DNA from: Felis catus
Lineage: Eukaryota
Assembly: GCF_018350175.1 (NCBI RefSeq)
Contig: NC_058368.1
Coordinates: 218,862,001 to 218,926,000 of the forward strand
Direction of reading: 5' to 3'
Length of the DNA: 64,000 bases
Shown: positions 25,511-38,045 of the stretch, in pieces
How positions within the stretch are numbered: the stretch's first letter is position 1
How the letters are laid out: each line of letters opens with the position of its first letter
The notes under the pieces: model-generated
The model's database searches: none
What the model saw: the letters and a program-made list of their open reading frames with translations, nothing else
Told to the model about the DNA's origin: nothing
Translations under genes and position numbers: made by a program

Positions 25511-25940
25511 CTTAGATAGTCTTACCTAGAAACAGGGACTGAGATAAAAATCTGGTGTGCATGATTTTTTGAGGGAGTGTTTTCCTAGAGATACTGATAG
25601 GAACTGAGGTAAACAGAATAGGAAAGGGAAAAAGAGTTAAACTTGGATTGGATGGTAGGTAAAATTTAGACTTGGTTTGATCCTCAAGGGAGTCTGAATT
25701 GCAAGTTACACTGCGTAGTTGTGGTGTCTTGCGACAAAGTCTGGGCTTTTGTACCCCATGCCTGTTAGTACATGACTGACTCTCAGAGTTGGGGCAAATA
25801 TCTTTCCAGATGGCTTCTCTCAGCCAAGGACAATAACTTGCACAAGCTTACAAACTTAAGCCAGTATCTTTACCTAGCAGATAGTTACAACTTTAGATAA
25901 AAGGAATGTGGGCAGTACATCAGGAATGTTCACTATAATC
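25511..25940 (-). mobile_element. LTR16-like ERVL LTR, inserted next to or in an L2 relic
   Basis: ctagaaacagggactgagataaaaatctggtgtgcatgattttttgagggagtg...gggcttttgtacccc. Confidence 0.6.
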
Positions 25941-26279
25941 ATCTAACTGAAGCCAACTGATAGGTGTATAGCCTATAAAAACTTTCTCTAATTATGTTGG
26001 CATTTCCATTAATGGGGAATTAATATAACTTTGTTTTACACCTCTCTAAAAGTTGCAACTGTTGGTTTTTCCCCCATATATCTCTCTTTTCCTTTCAATA
26101 TCATGAAATGATAAAAGTCAGTGCACTGAGGAAACCTATAATAAAGAGTTATCCATTTCTACTACCTAGGCATGAAACAGATGCATTTCAGTTACTTGTA
26201 GTATTCTCTAGCTTTCCAGTCAGTTTCTTTACTCCTTTCTATGTCATCTTTCTGGCCCCATTTTTTTAAGGTGGAGCGT

Positions 26280-26500
26280 TTTCTTTTTTTCTTTTTTTTT
26301 TAAGTTTGTTTTTTTTAAGGAGAAAGAAAGCATGAGCGGTGGAGGAACAGAGAGAGAGGGGGAGAGAGAGAATCCCAAGCAGGATCCACACTGCCAGCTG
26401 CAGAGCCTGATGTGGGGCTCAAACCCCCGAACCGTGAGATCATGACCTGAGCTGAAACCAAGAGTCGGTCACTTAGCCGACTGAGCCATCCAGGCATCCC
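26280..26500 (-). mobile_element. Can-SINE
   Basis: T tail ... gagatcatgacctgagctgaaaccaagagtcgg...gagccatccaggcatccc. Confidence 0.95.
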
Positions 26501-28334
26501 TCTGGTACCATGGTTTTAAATATCATATCTGTTCTAAAAATTCCCAGCTTTATAATCCCACTTTACATCATTCCCATCATTTTCGTTTCTTCTTTTAACT
26601 CTTTCCTAAATGAAAACCTACACTTGGACATGAAAAGCAATTTCAAAACTTACCCTTTACCTACCATTCCCACACACTTGCTACTTATAATTTATTTCTT
26701 GTATAAGTAACCTTCAATTCCCTCTTTTCAGGTTCTTAGCCCAAAAAGTTTGGTATCAACTTGATCTTTTCCTGTCACCTCTTAACTAGCCCATCCACTG
26801 ACATATGTAGCTGGGTCTACTTTTCACTGACGTCCAGAATCAAACATTTTTCACTATTTCCACAGAGGTCCAAGTCATGATCATCTACCTTCAGGAGCAT
26901 TCCATAATCTCCCACACTCAAATCCCTTCCCCTTCTTTATTCTTAGTGACGGTGTCGCTTCTTAATAGAACATAACAATTTACTATCTCCTGAAGAGTGA
27001 AACAGAAGTTCATTTTAATGGACAGGTTTTGTGGTAGAAATCCAATGTCTTTAACAGGAAAGAAATCTAGCTTCATGATTTCTCTGCCACTTACTATCCA
27101 TTACTCCAGGGTCTACTTGCAATATCTCAAGATGTGAAACATGGAATAAATAATCTCTATAGCAACCAGATGGTGTTTAAAACAAATGTGACCGAAGTTC
27201 AATGTTGAAGTAATCTTTATAAAAATCTGCCAGTATCTAATATTGTATTGGAACCTTAATTTTCTTTTTTTATATAAAAGATAGCAATAAAACAATAAAA
27301 ACAACAAAATAATGTCCTTTTTTCAAATCATGTATTTTCTCGTGTTTTATTTCCTTTATCAAACTGAAGTCACTATTTGACCATTGTGGATTTTCAAGTT
27401 TATTTTAGATCACATAAATACCTTCCTAATACCCTCCCAACACTTAACTATAGCCTGTAACTTTTCTCTTCTAACATTTTTTATATTATCATTAACAATT
27501 AACAAGTTTTTAGATTTGGAAACATTTCCAAAGAAACTGAATCTTAGAAATTTACTCCAAAGTAGGGTGTTTATAATTAGTACAGTTTACTTGTTAACTT
27601 AGAAGTTTTGCCTGAAATCTGAAACCTGTAACCTTAATTACAATACTATTCTACTGTGCAGGAATTGAAATGATAGATCACCATTGTGTTGATGATGATT
27701 AACTTGTCTCTATTTCTCTTATTTCATGTAGGAAAATCATCAGTATTTGAAAGACTTTGTGTCATTTTTTGCCGGATATTTGCTAAATTGGCATGCTTAG
27801 AGGAAACCAGCCATTTCTGATGTAGGTGGCAAATTCTTCTGAAGGCAACTTCTGGATCTCACTCTGGTAAGGTATTTTCAACTCCAAGCACTATTAAACT
27901 CAAGTCTGTTTATTCTATTAAAAAATAATACATGTAATCTAAAAAAAAATGGCAACATGTTCAAAGGTAAGGCAGGCATCAAGCATTATGCATCCTGAGT
28001 TCAGGGCCGTTTCTTTCTCATTATCCCTACTTATAACTCTGTCCTGCCTTCGTTGGAATACGCATTTTGTTTTCAATGTCCCTCATGGTCAGGAAGCATC
28101 TGTCAGCAGCATCTAAGAAGCTGAAGTCACACAATTCATCCTTCCCATTGGTGAGAGATTGAGATCACTTTCCTATCAAAGGAACAGTCTTTCCTTTCAA
28201 TTTGAACAGGCCAGTTTAAGTCACATGCAGTATCTGGATCAAGAACAGTCATCAGGAGAATGCCATGTTAGATTTGCTTTGTGTGTGTATCCCAGACACA
28301 AGTACCTGGTGGGGTGAGTGGGTAGCAGTAAATG

Positions 28335-28700
28335 CCATTCATTCTTTCGGTCATGTAATATGTATTTATTCAGAGTTTACTGCTTGGTGAAGAATGTTGT
28401 ACCTGCTGGATATACAACAATGACCAAAATTGACAAATCTGTGCCTTCAAAGAGTTATATTTTAGTCAAGGGGGCAGACAAATAAACAATGCATATTTAA
28501 TATATAATATGGAATATGAAGTTTATTATTTATGATATGTATAATATCATAAATGTGATATGAAATGTGTTTCAAGTCCATGTGGGAAAGTAAAACAGAG
28601 TAGTGTAAATTTTTTTACAGTAATCAGCAATACTTCTTAAGTCATTTAGAAATATTGAGCCAAAATAAATCAAAAAAGTTTTGGAGAGGGAGAAGTGCAT
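28335..28700 (-). mobile_element. L2 3' fragment
   Basis: cattcattc...tatttattcagag...gctggatatacaacaatgacc...gccttcaaagagttatattttagtc. Confidence 0.65.
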
Positions 28701-28739
28701 GTTGTGCAAAGAATGTCCTACTAGATATTAGAGCTCATA

Positions 28740-28974
28740 TTTTTGTTTTTTACTTTTTAAAATATTTTTAAATGTTTATTTATTTTTGAGACAGAGAGAG
28801 GCAGAGTATGAGTGGAGGAGGGGCAGAGTAAGAGTAGGACACAGAATCCAAAGCAGGCTCCAGGCTCTAAGCTGTCAGCACAGAGCCCAATGCGGGGCTC
28901 GAACTCATGAGCTGTGAGATCATGACCTGAGCTGAAAGTCAGAAGCTCAACTGACTGAACCATCCAGGCGCTCC
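28740..28974 (-). mobile_element. Can-SINE
   Basis: Antisense SINE; TSD about tagagct. Confidence 0.96.
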
Positions 28975-29289
28975 ATAGAGCTTATTTTAAAGTTGTGGAA
29001 CTGTGATCTTGTCTCAGTGATAAATAGAGCAATGAGAGAGAATATAAAAATTCATTCATATAATAAAAAAATTCAGTTTTGGCAGTACAGATAGATGAGT
29101 AGGAGGATAAATGATTCAGTAAATAGTGTTTGAGAAAGTGATTTTCCATGAAGAAAATAAAGAAATTAATCACCTATTTCATATGTAGATAAACATAACT
29201 TTCATTTTGATCAAATATTATATATAAAAATATCTGTATTTTATTATTTATTTATAATTTATTTTCATGAATAATATGTCTCTTTTATT

Positions 29290-29445
29290 ATTTTAAAATT
29301 TATTTTTATTTTTATTTAATTTTTAAAAATTGATGTATATTTGATGTATACATTATATTAGCTTTAGGTGTACAACATAATTATTTCATATTTGTATGTA
29401 TTATGAATGATCACTACAATAAGTCTAGTTAACATCTGTCACCAT
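29290..29445 (-). mobile_element. L1 3' end fragment (L1MA9/L1_Carn-like)
   Basis: cattatattagctttaggtgtacaacata...atgatcactacaataagtctagttaacatctgtcacc. Confidence 0.75.
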
Positions 29446-29889
29446 TTTTTAATTTTAGAAAAATAATATATTTGATTTTCCTATTTTATTTTGGATTATG
29501 ATGATTTGTTAAAAATAGTAAAGTTTTCTACAATTGATTTAGTTGCTGACTGGTGGACTTCATTTACTTGGAGGAAACTGACTCCTGATATACAAATAGG
29601 GTATACCATTTATGAAATATTCTTACAGATGCTTTAATATGATTTTATATCTTATGTATAAAGGATTTGTGCTTTTTATGAGATTTATTTCCAAATATAT
29701 CTTCTTCATTTAATTTCTGTATTATTTCCTATTATATTTTCTAGTGGGCTTTTGCTTCTATAGAAGGAAACTACTGAATTCCTGTGATAGATTGTATCTC
29801 TCTATATATATCATATTATAATAACCTATATCTTTTTAAAAATTTTTTTACCTCATGCCTTTGTCTTATTTCATGGCAATAGTTAAGAT

Positions 29890-30340
29890 ATTGACCAAGA
29901 TGGCCTAAAATTTTTCCTCAGATTGGCTCAACTTCACACAGGTTTCTTCCTGTCTATAGATTTCTGACCACCTTTTTCTCAGAGTTTGAGAAAAATTTTG
30001 TTGCAAGATTTTTTCTGTCCTATAGAGGTGTGAATACTTATAAAAGCCTCTGGCCAGTTTTTCAGCTAGGAATGTTTTTTTCCCGAAGTCCTGAAAGATA
30101 CCCCTTTGAAACATAGTCACTAAGAAAGATAGAATTCTTATTTTACAATCTCTGTGTGAGGGTAGGAGTCTAAAATTATCAAACACAGATGGTTTAATCA
30201 CTCTGACCAACCCACACACCAACCCAGTGTGTCTTCTATTATTTTTCCATTAGCTCACCCCAACACTCAAAAACTGTGATGGTCTTGAATAAAATTATCC
30301 TTGCCTGCTTAACACTGCCCACTACAGTATTTTTTGATGA
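29890..30340 (+). mobile_element. ERV1 solo LTR (MER67-like)
   Basis: caggtttcttcctgtctatag...cccctttgaaacatagtcactaagaaagatag...tctctgtgtgagggtaggagtctaa...gaataaa. Confidence 0.7.
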
Positions 30341-30692
30341 TATCCAATGTTACAGTAAGCATATATGCTTATATTAATGGGGACATTTTCTAGGAGAAAA
30401 GATGATCTGCTTTTAAATTTTGGTTAAACTCACTTATAGAAAACATTTGTGATATAACTTTTTATAATATATATGTGGGAAGCTTTGATTACTATTTTTA
30501 TTTATTAATGGATATTCAATTCAGTATTTAAACTGCAACCAATTACTTGGACATCTAGGCACACATTGACCATTTTCATTGAAGTAGGTTTTAAGAAAGT
30601 GGACAGTAAGTGATTTTTGTACACAAAGGTTTTAAAGGTTCTGAACGCATATTTAAGAGGACCAAATTATATTATTTTTAAACATATATGTA

Positions 30693-30914
30693 TTTTTAAG
30701 TTTTTTTAATGTTTATTCATCTTTGAGAGAGAGAGAGAGAGACAAAGTGCGAGTGGGGGAGGGGCAGAGAGAGAGGGAGACACAGAATCCAAAGCAGGTT
30801 CCAGGCTCTGAGCTGTCAGCACAGAGCCCGATGTGGGGCTTGAACGCTGGAAACATGAGATCATGACCTGAGCTGAAGTCAGATGTTCAACCAACTGAGC
30901 CACCCAGGCTCCCC
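30693..30914 (-). mobile_element. Can-SINE
   Basis: Antisense SINE; TSD ttaaacatatat. Confidence 0.96.
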
Positions 30915-30926
30915 TTAAACATATAT

Positions 30927-31129
30927 TTCTTGAGGTTTATTTATTTTTGATAGAGAGACAGCGTGTGAGTGGGGGAAGGGCAGAGAGAGAGGGAGACACA
31001 GATTCTGAAGCAAGCTCTAGGGTCTGAGCTGTCAACACAGAACCCAGTGTGGGGCTTGAACTCACGAACCGTGAGATCATGACTGAACCAAAATAGGACA
31101 CTCAACCGACTGAGCCACCCAGATGCCCT
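30927..31129 (-). mobile_element. Can-SINE (older)
   Basis: Antisense SINE; TSD attatattatttttaa at about 30666 and 31135. Confidence 0.94.
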
Positions 31130-33469
31130 CCCATATTATATTATTTTTAATAAAACGTAGATGTTATGGTGCCACTACACAGAATAAAACGTGGGAAGTG
31201 ATATTTTCATCATTGTACGTTATTTTTGTAACAAGATAGCATTATATAATTATATTCTGGAGTTTAACTGAAAAACATAATGATAATAGGAAATCGTGTA
31301 AGAAGTGATTTTTGTTACACTGATCAAGCTGTTTTTGTGTATTCTGAAATAAATAATTAACATATTTTTGGAAAGTTCTTAAAAATATGATTTATCGCAT
31401 TGCTCCTGAATTAAAATATATATAAGTTTGAAATAGAATTGAAAAAAATAGCCAAAGAGCTTTGTAAAAATTTATATTGAACATTTATCTTTCTTTCCCT
31501 GACAGTACTGATTACAAGCAAAGTGTATGTTTTACCTTGAAATCCACTTGAGTTAATATGAAAAAGAATAGGTGTGAGTGTATTAACAATCCAAAAACCT
31601 TTGATAATATAAACGTTTTTCCTCCCAATACATTAAATTTAAAGAGGAAGATTTTGATGAGAGCAATTTCAAATTAATTTATGAACTTACTATAAAATAT
31701 ATTTCTACAATTCTCTTTCAACAAATTTTATTTGGGTCTAGACTTCAGTGAAAGGAATCAAGGGCATCATATCTCTTCCAATGGTTACATTAAATATTCC
31801 ATTAAAGATCTAAGAATAGCCTATGATAAAGAAGGAAGGGGAAGAAACATTTTTAGTTTTTCCATTATTCTGTTCAGTGTGCTACTAGATAGAATTGGAT
31901 TATCACCAAAAAGTATGAAAAGAAGCATGCATTTAAAGAGAATAAATTCTGTTATGTATATGTGGACAGGTGCTCAGGATACCAAAAAAATAATCTTAGC
32001 CCTAACAGAAAACAACATTTTTAGTAACATTCATACAGCACTTACAATATTGCATGCATGACATATATAAGCCTCTTTCAACATCAGTATACTGTTGGGA
32101 CTAGTATTTCCCAAATCCACAGATTAATAAACAAAGGAGATACATAGACCTTATCTTTTGGTTATGAGATATACAGATAAAACACTTGAAAATCTTTCAA
32201 AAAATTAATATTGCATCCTGTTTATCATCCATGAATTCCACATTTTTTACATATGGACTAAAAACCTACACAATATTTATAAAATGTCTACTGCACATCA
32301 GGCTTATGTAACATATTGGATAATTTGAGGCAAAAGTAATACTACTTTCAAGGAATTTAATGTGTATATTTTTTAGGAGGAAAAAAATCATATAAATCAG
32401 TATTTATCACACATTTACTGTAGAAAAACATTGAGGCATCTTCAGGATCCTCTAGTGAAATGATCCACAGATGAGAAATATTTGAAATTCATTGCTGCAA
32501 ATCTCCTTGTTCCTCATTCTCATTACCACCTAAAAAAATAAACAAACAGATGGCAGAGAAGAAAACAGAAAACCACAAGTTGTTCTTTCTGTTCTCCCAT
32601 GGGGAAACACTTTAAGTCAATCACAGAACAGGAACACATAAAATACATCATAAATGATTTCTTTTTCATGTTTCATGCTCATTTATCTATGTTTGGAATT
32701 TGGGGAATTTATAAAGCTAGTCCTTATTTCAGATAGAGAAGTATAAATTGAGTGACTTGTGAGTTGAGAAGAGGCATGTTGTTGCGGGACTCTGTGGCCG
32801 GCAGAGGTTTCAAGGTGTCACGTGAATCTGAATGTGATTCTCTGGAATCTACAAGAACGGACATGACTTCAAATATAACACAAACCAGTTCTGTTAATCA
32901 AAACAAAAACAGTTACTCAAAAAGCATAAATTATTAAAGAAATTGAATATTCTAAAAAAAATTGAAAGTTACCCTACAGTACGAAGAGTAAATGCATGTG
33001 TTTGGGCATTAATATTTGCTCAGCTATCTGAAAGAAAATATTTTCTATTAAACTTTTGAAAGTACTGACTCTGCCCCTTTGAATCTATAAAACTTCCAAA
33101 TAATATACATATATGTCAATATATAAACCTTCCAAATATGATATATATGTGTTAATATATGTGTTGCAATTGGAGCTATTGGAGATACAAGAGCCATGTA
33201 ATCAGGATATGTATATCTGAATTTCTTACACTCCTGTCTCAGTCGAATTTAAAAACGAAAAGAAGCAACTAAATTTTTTTTTAAAAAATGGCTTTCTGTG
33301 ATGTTTTTTATTCTGACTAAAGTCTCCAGAGTTTCATACTTTATTTTTATTCTTTCTTGTTGTTTTCATTTACCTTTTAGAAATTTATTAAAACATTTTT
33401 TATATTTTTAATACTATGTATGACTTACTATGTAATGCTCTCTTTTTTTCTTCTATTCTTTCCTAAATA

Positions 33470-33541
33470 GAGGAGTGAATCAAAAGTACCTGATACATAA
33501 AATATGAATGAATGAATAAATGAATGAATGAATGAATGAAT
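33470..33541 (+). mobile_element. L2 3' terminus with (TGAA)n
   Basis: aagtacctgatacata...tgaatgaatgaataaatgaatgaa. Confidence 0.55.
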
Positions 33542-33622
33542 AGAAAGAAACTCTTTAGAAAATACAAGATAAACATTAAACTTTAAATTAGTCTACCACT
33601 AACATTAAAAACATGCATGTTA

Positions 33623-33840
33623 GGGGGCATCTGGGTGGCTCTGTCATCACAGAGCCTGACGCGTAGCTACAATTCAGGAGCTATGAGACCCTGACCTGAG
33701 CCACAGCAGGCTTTATGCTGATAGCTCAGAGCCTGGAGCCTGCTTCGGATTCTGTGTCTCCCTCTCTCTCTGCCCCTAACCCACTCCCATTCTGTCTCTG
33801 TCTCTCTCAAAAATAAATAAATATTAACAATTATTTTTAA
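33623..33840 (+). mobile_element. Can-SINE with internal inversion
   Basis: Sense head and tail, antisense segment at 33641-33702; TSD about tgcatgtt. Confidence 0.9.
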
Positions 33841-34228
33841 CTGCATGTTCATTAAAAAAAGTTGAAGTATAGATGAGTGGAATTTAACAGGTTGAGATGA
33901 AAGTAAAGGGCGTGTCTACCATGAAGTTTCAATTCAAAAGTCAAATAGTTATTTTATTTTATATTACTTTCATACTGGATAAATTAAACAAGAATTACAG
34001 AAAGCTGAGAAGTAACAGTCTGCAGAAAATTACCTGTCTTCTGATTACATGGCTTTTGCATCTCCAATTGCTAAGGATTACCTTCTTGTTGTCTGAAGCT
34101 AGCCAGAAAAAATATATTTAGTGTCTTAATTTATAAATATGACTAGGACTACTTCATTTAGTACCTATATTTCAGGTTTTTAAATTTTTTATGTGTTCAT
34201 GTTTTTAAGATTATTGCTTTTCACTAAA

Positions 34229-34260
<32 letters not shown>
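34229..34260. repeat. (AAT)n microsatellite
   Basis: Direct reading. Confidence 0.97.
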
Positions 34261-34261
<1 letters not shown>

Positions 34262-34576
34262 GTCTCTAAAAGTTCCTGCTTCAAGATCAGCCTCCTTGAA
34301 CAAGAGAGTGTGACAACTATGAGGTTTCTCATGCCATTGCTGGCTAAGTTTGAATGTCTCCATTTGATAGTTTGCCTGGTGTTTGTTCCCTCTTTATTAT
34401 TTCATTTGTGTTTTTCCCAGTTTTGTGTCTTTTCCCTGATGGTAGGAAATAGCTTTCATTCCAAAAGTTTCTAGTGACTACTTTTGGTGGAACTTCCAAA
34501 AAAGCGTTCTGGATTCTCTACACTGTTTTAGAGAAAATATTGAATCATTTGGAAGGTATTTTAAGGTTTGCTACTT

Positions 34577-34797
34577 GGGAAGCACGTGGGTGGCTCAGTC
34601 AGTCAAGTGTACAACTTTGTTCAGGTCAGGTCACAATCTAATGGGTCCTGAGTTCGAGCCCTGTATTGGGCTCTGTGCTGACAGCTCAGAGCCTGGAGTC
34701 TGCTTCGGATTCTGGGTCTTCTATCTCTGTGCCTCCCCAGCTCATGCTCTGACTCTTTCTCTCTCAAAAATAAATATACATTAAAAAAATTTAAAAA
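34577..34797 (+). mobile_element. Can-SINE
   Basis: SINE body; TSD about tgctactt. Confidence 0.94.
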
Positions 34798-36610
34798 GCC
34801 CTGCTACTTGGCAGGCAATAAACAATTGTTTTACTAATTCAAACAGTGTAGATCTCTTAGAAGAACTAAGGGAGATGTTTAAAAAGAGACTAAAATTAAA
34901 AAAAAAAAAAGAAAACATAGGGAAAAATAGGATAGAGGGAAAGATAATGGGAGTATTTAGTTGTGTGTATAAGTACATTTATGTTTATATAAATATAATT
35001 ACAACATTTATGATTGCAAGAAACAGTAAAACATCGATTATGAAATATTTGGAATAGAAGATGTGTGATAAACAGAATTTTAAGTAAAATAAATTTAAAA
35101 TCTAGCCTTCCTTTTACTTTGTGAAAGGGAAAAAAGTAAAACATTTTGAAATCTTTCGAATTCACACCTTTACTAGCAAATGGAAATCACCATAACTGAC
35201 ACAATTTGACATTAGGGATATCTGAGAATTCAGAGAATCGAGTATTTTAATTTTTAGTTAACATGAATAATTTCCACAGTAAATAAAAAAGTAATATTGA
35301 AAAGAATTTTTTGTGTCAATATGACATCAATGAAATGTGGTTTAATATAATTTACTTATTAATCAACAGGAATATTCTACTTGTAACATACCTACAATAA
35401 AACTTTCTAGCAAGAATTTTAATAATTGGGATTTAAGGATATCAAACAATTCAGAAGGAAAACAAAGTATGGATATCCCTGGATACTGTGTCTGATCTCC
35501 TGAGTAACTCCATGTTGTCAGATAGACATGAGGGGAAAAACCTGTTTTGAATATACAACGTATTTATAGTCTGTGTATAATTCCTTTTTATAATGGTATT
35601 TTGGTGAATGATTGAGATAAACAACAAAAATAATACACTTCAGTGGTTGAAAAGAAAGACTCAGGATATGTTTTTTTCAATTCTGACTATCTCTCATGAA
35701 AAATGTTGAATTAGATAAGATCTTTGTATCTCAGAGTCTCAGGGTCATTATTAGAAACTTAGTTTTTCAGAGAAAATCTTATATTACTGATACTTGTTAA
35801 ATGTTATATGAAGTGTAATACACAGGAATGCTGTCCAAAATTGTACATATGACACGAGAGAGTGATGAAATTACAAGCACATTTATTTTTTTTTCCCTTT
35901 GGACAGTCACGCATTCTTCAATACTGCTGTGAAAATAGGAATCATTCACACTTCGAAAGCTATTTTCCCACTGTTAAAAATTAATTAGAAGAATAACATT
36001 TCCAACCCAGGTGAGACAGATTTGTAATTCATCACTCTAATATTCTGGAAGAGAAGGAAGTCTGAAACTATCTCTTTTAAATAGCTTTTAAGGGTATCAC
36101 ACATAACAGAAGAAATGTTTAATTTTTTGGAGATATTTATAATTTCTATTAATACGTTCTAGAATGTTTCATCTCTGGGTTGTCTATTTGAAGAACAAAT
36201 TTATAGAGCACACTTAACACAAAGCACAAGTAAATAAGAACCTAATCATCTATTGTAAATTATGAAAAAGCTAGTAGGGATTGCAGCCGCAGAGCCATCA
36301 AGGTGCAGAATCTTAATGGAGTTTACAGGATCTCAGGAGACTTATATCTTCAAAGGCCACTTGATTAAAAGCCGATAGAAGAAAATTCAAGTTTACTGAT
36401 TTTCAGAAAGGTAATTTTCTATTAGGGAACATGATTTTTATATAAACTGTATATTTTGATGGACAGTAATTACTCTTCTTGATGGGGTAACCTAGTTTAT
36501 TTTTAATAATAAAATAAAAATAAATAAATAATAAATAATAAAATAGAAATAACTGCTTAGTACTTATAGAATTAAACTAAGTACATATCCTTAAGAATCA
36601 TCAAATACAT

Positions 36611-36828
36611 GGGGCACCTGGGTGGCTCACTCTGTTAAGGGTGCGACTTCAGCCCAGGTCATGATCTCATGGTTCACAGATTCGAACCCCGTGTCGGGCT
36701 CTGTGCTGACAGCTCAGAGCCTGGAACCTGCTTCAGATTCTGTGTCTCCCTCTCTCTCTGCTGCTCCCCCACTCGTGCTGTCTCTGTCTCTCAAAAAGTA
36801 AATCAATGTTAAAAAAAATTTAAAAAAA
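36611..36828 (+). mobile_element. Can-SINE
   Basis: TSD aagaatcatcaaata. Confidence 0.97.
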
Positions 36829-37904
36829 GAATCATCAAATAAATAAAAAGCCTTGTGTCTTTTGTTATCGCCCTCCTAATCGATGTGAAAATTTGCAAAA
36901 TCTCACTACTGTTTAAAATGGGGATATAGATATCATGCATATCTTACACCTTCCATACATTTAAAATAGGTATGTTTTATTTCCCTAATACATCATGAAT
37001 TTTCCAAGAACACAGAAATTGCTTCTTATGTTTTGCATCCATGACAGACTTTGTTAGCATCCTCATTGTTAGGGATGGTCAGGTTTTCAAAATACCAGTG
37101 CTAACTGGTATAAACATTAAATTTTCAAAGTCCTATGTTGTGAAGGTAACTCAGGGCTCTGGAATTTTTATATTTTTGATAACACTATCTTCATCATGTA
37201 CCTTTACAGTTCTCTGACAATTAAAATATGATCTAGAGGTGTGCACACAGGACACATTTAAAATCAGGCATGGCAGTTCTGCTCATATTCCATTGGCCCA
37301 AATCCAGTCATTGAGCCCCAACCTCAAGTTAAGGGAAAATGTAAAAGAGAAGAATATGTGTGTATTCTACCACACTACCACAATTATCCTAATCAATAAA
37401 AGAACTACTTCCATTGGCTTAACTGATGCCAGGCTCTATTCCTAGTGTTTTACATATATTGACCCATGAATTTTCACTTAACTTGATGATATATATACTA
37501 TTAAAAGCTTCATCTTTTATTTAGAGAAGTATAATCCTGTAACAAAGAGGCCAAAGTCTAAAATCTCCACGGATCTATATAATGAGAATATATTTCTCTT
37601 TCATACCACAATAGGTTGCATGCAGGGCAGGGAAGCATCTTCCCCAGGCAGTAATTCAGGGATATTGCCATCTTCCATCATGTGGCTTGGCCATGAACAT
37701 CATCAGAATTCATTCCTTTTTACTTTTGGATGGGGAAGAAGAACAAAATTATGCATGGGTCAGTTTTGTGGGCCATGCTGCAATCACTTGTTTCATTTCA
37801 CTTGCTGAAATAGATCACCTGAACTAACATGAATGGGAAATATATTTGGACTTTGTACCTATAAACGAATGGAAACATAGTAAGTGATGAATCCTGGCAG
37901 TTGT

Positions 37905-38045
37905 TGTCACACCCTATTTTTAAGTAGGAAATCAGGGAAGAGAGAGCTTAAATAACAATTTGGTCAAGGTCACACAGCTAGAAATTGTCAGAAAAGGAGC
38001 TTGAGCCAGGTAATTTATCTTCGTAATCTGTGCTCCTACCCATTA
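37905..38045 (-). mobile_element. MIR fragment
   Basis: ccctatttt...ggaaatcaggg...ggtcaaggtcacacagctag...gagcttgagccagg. Confidence 0.7.
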
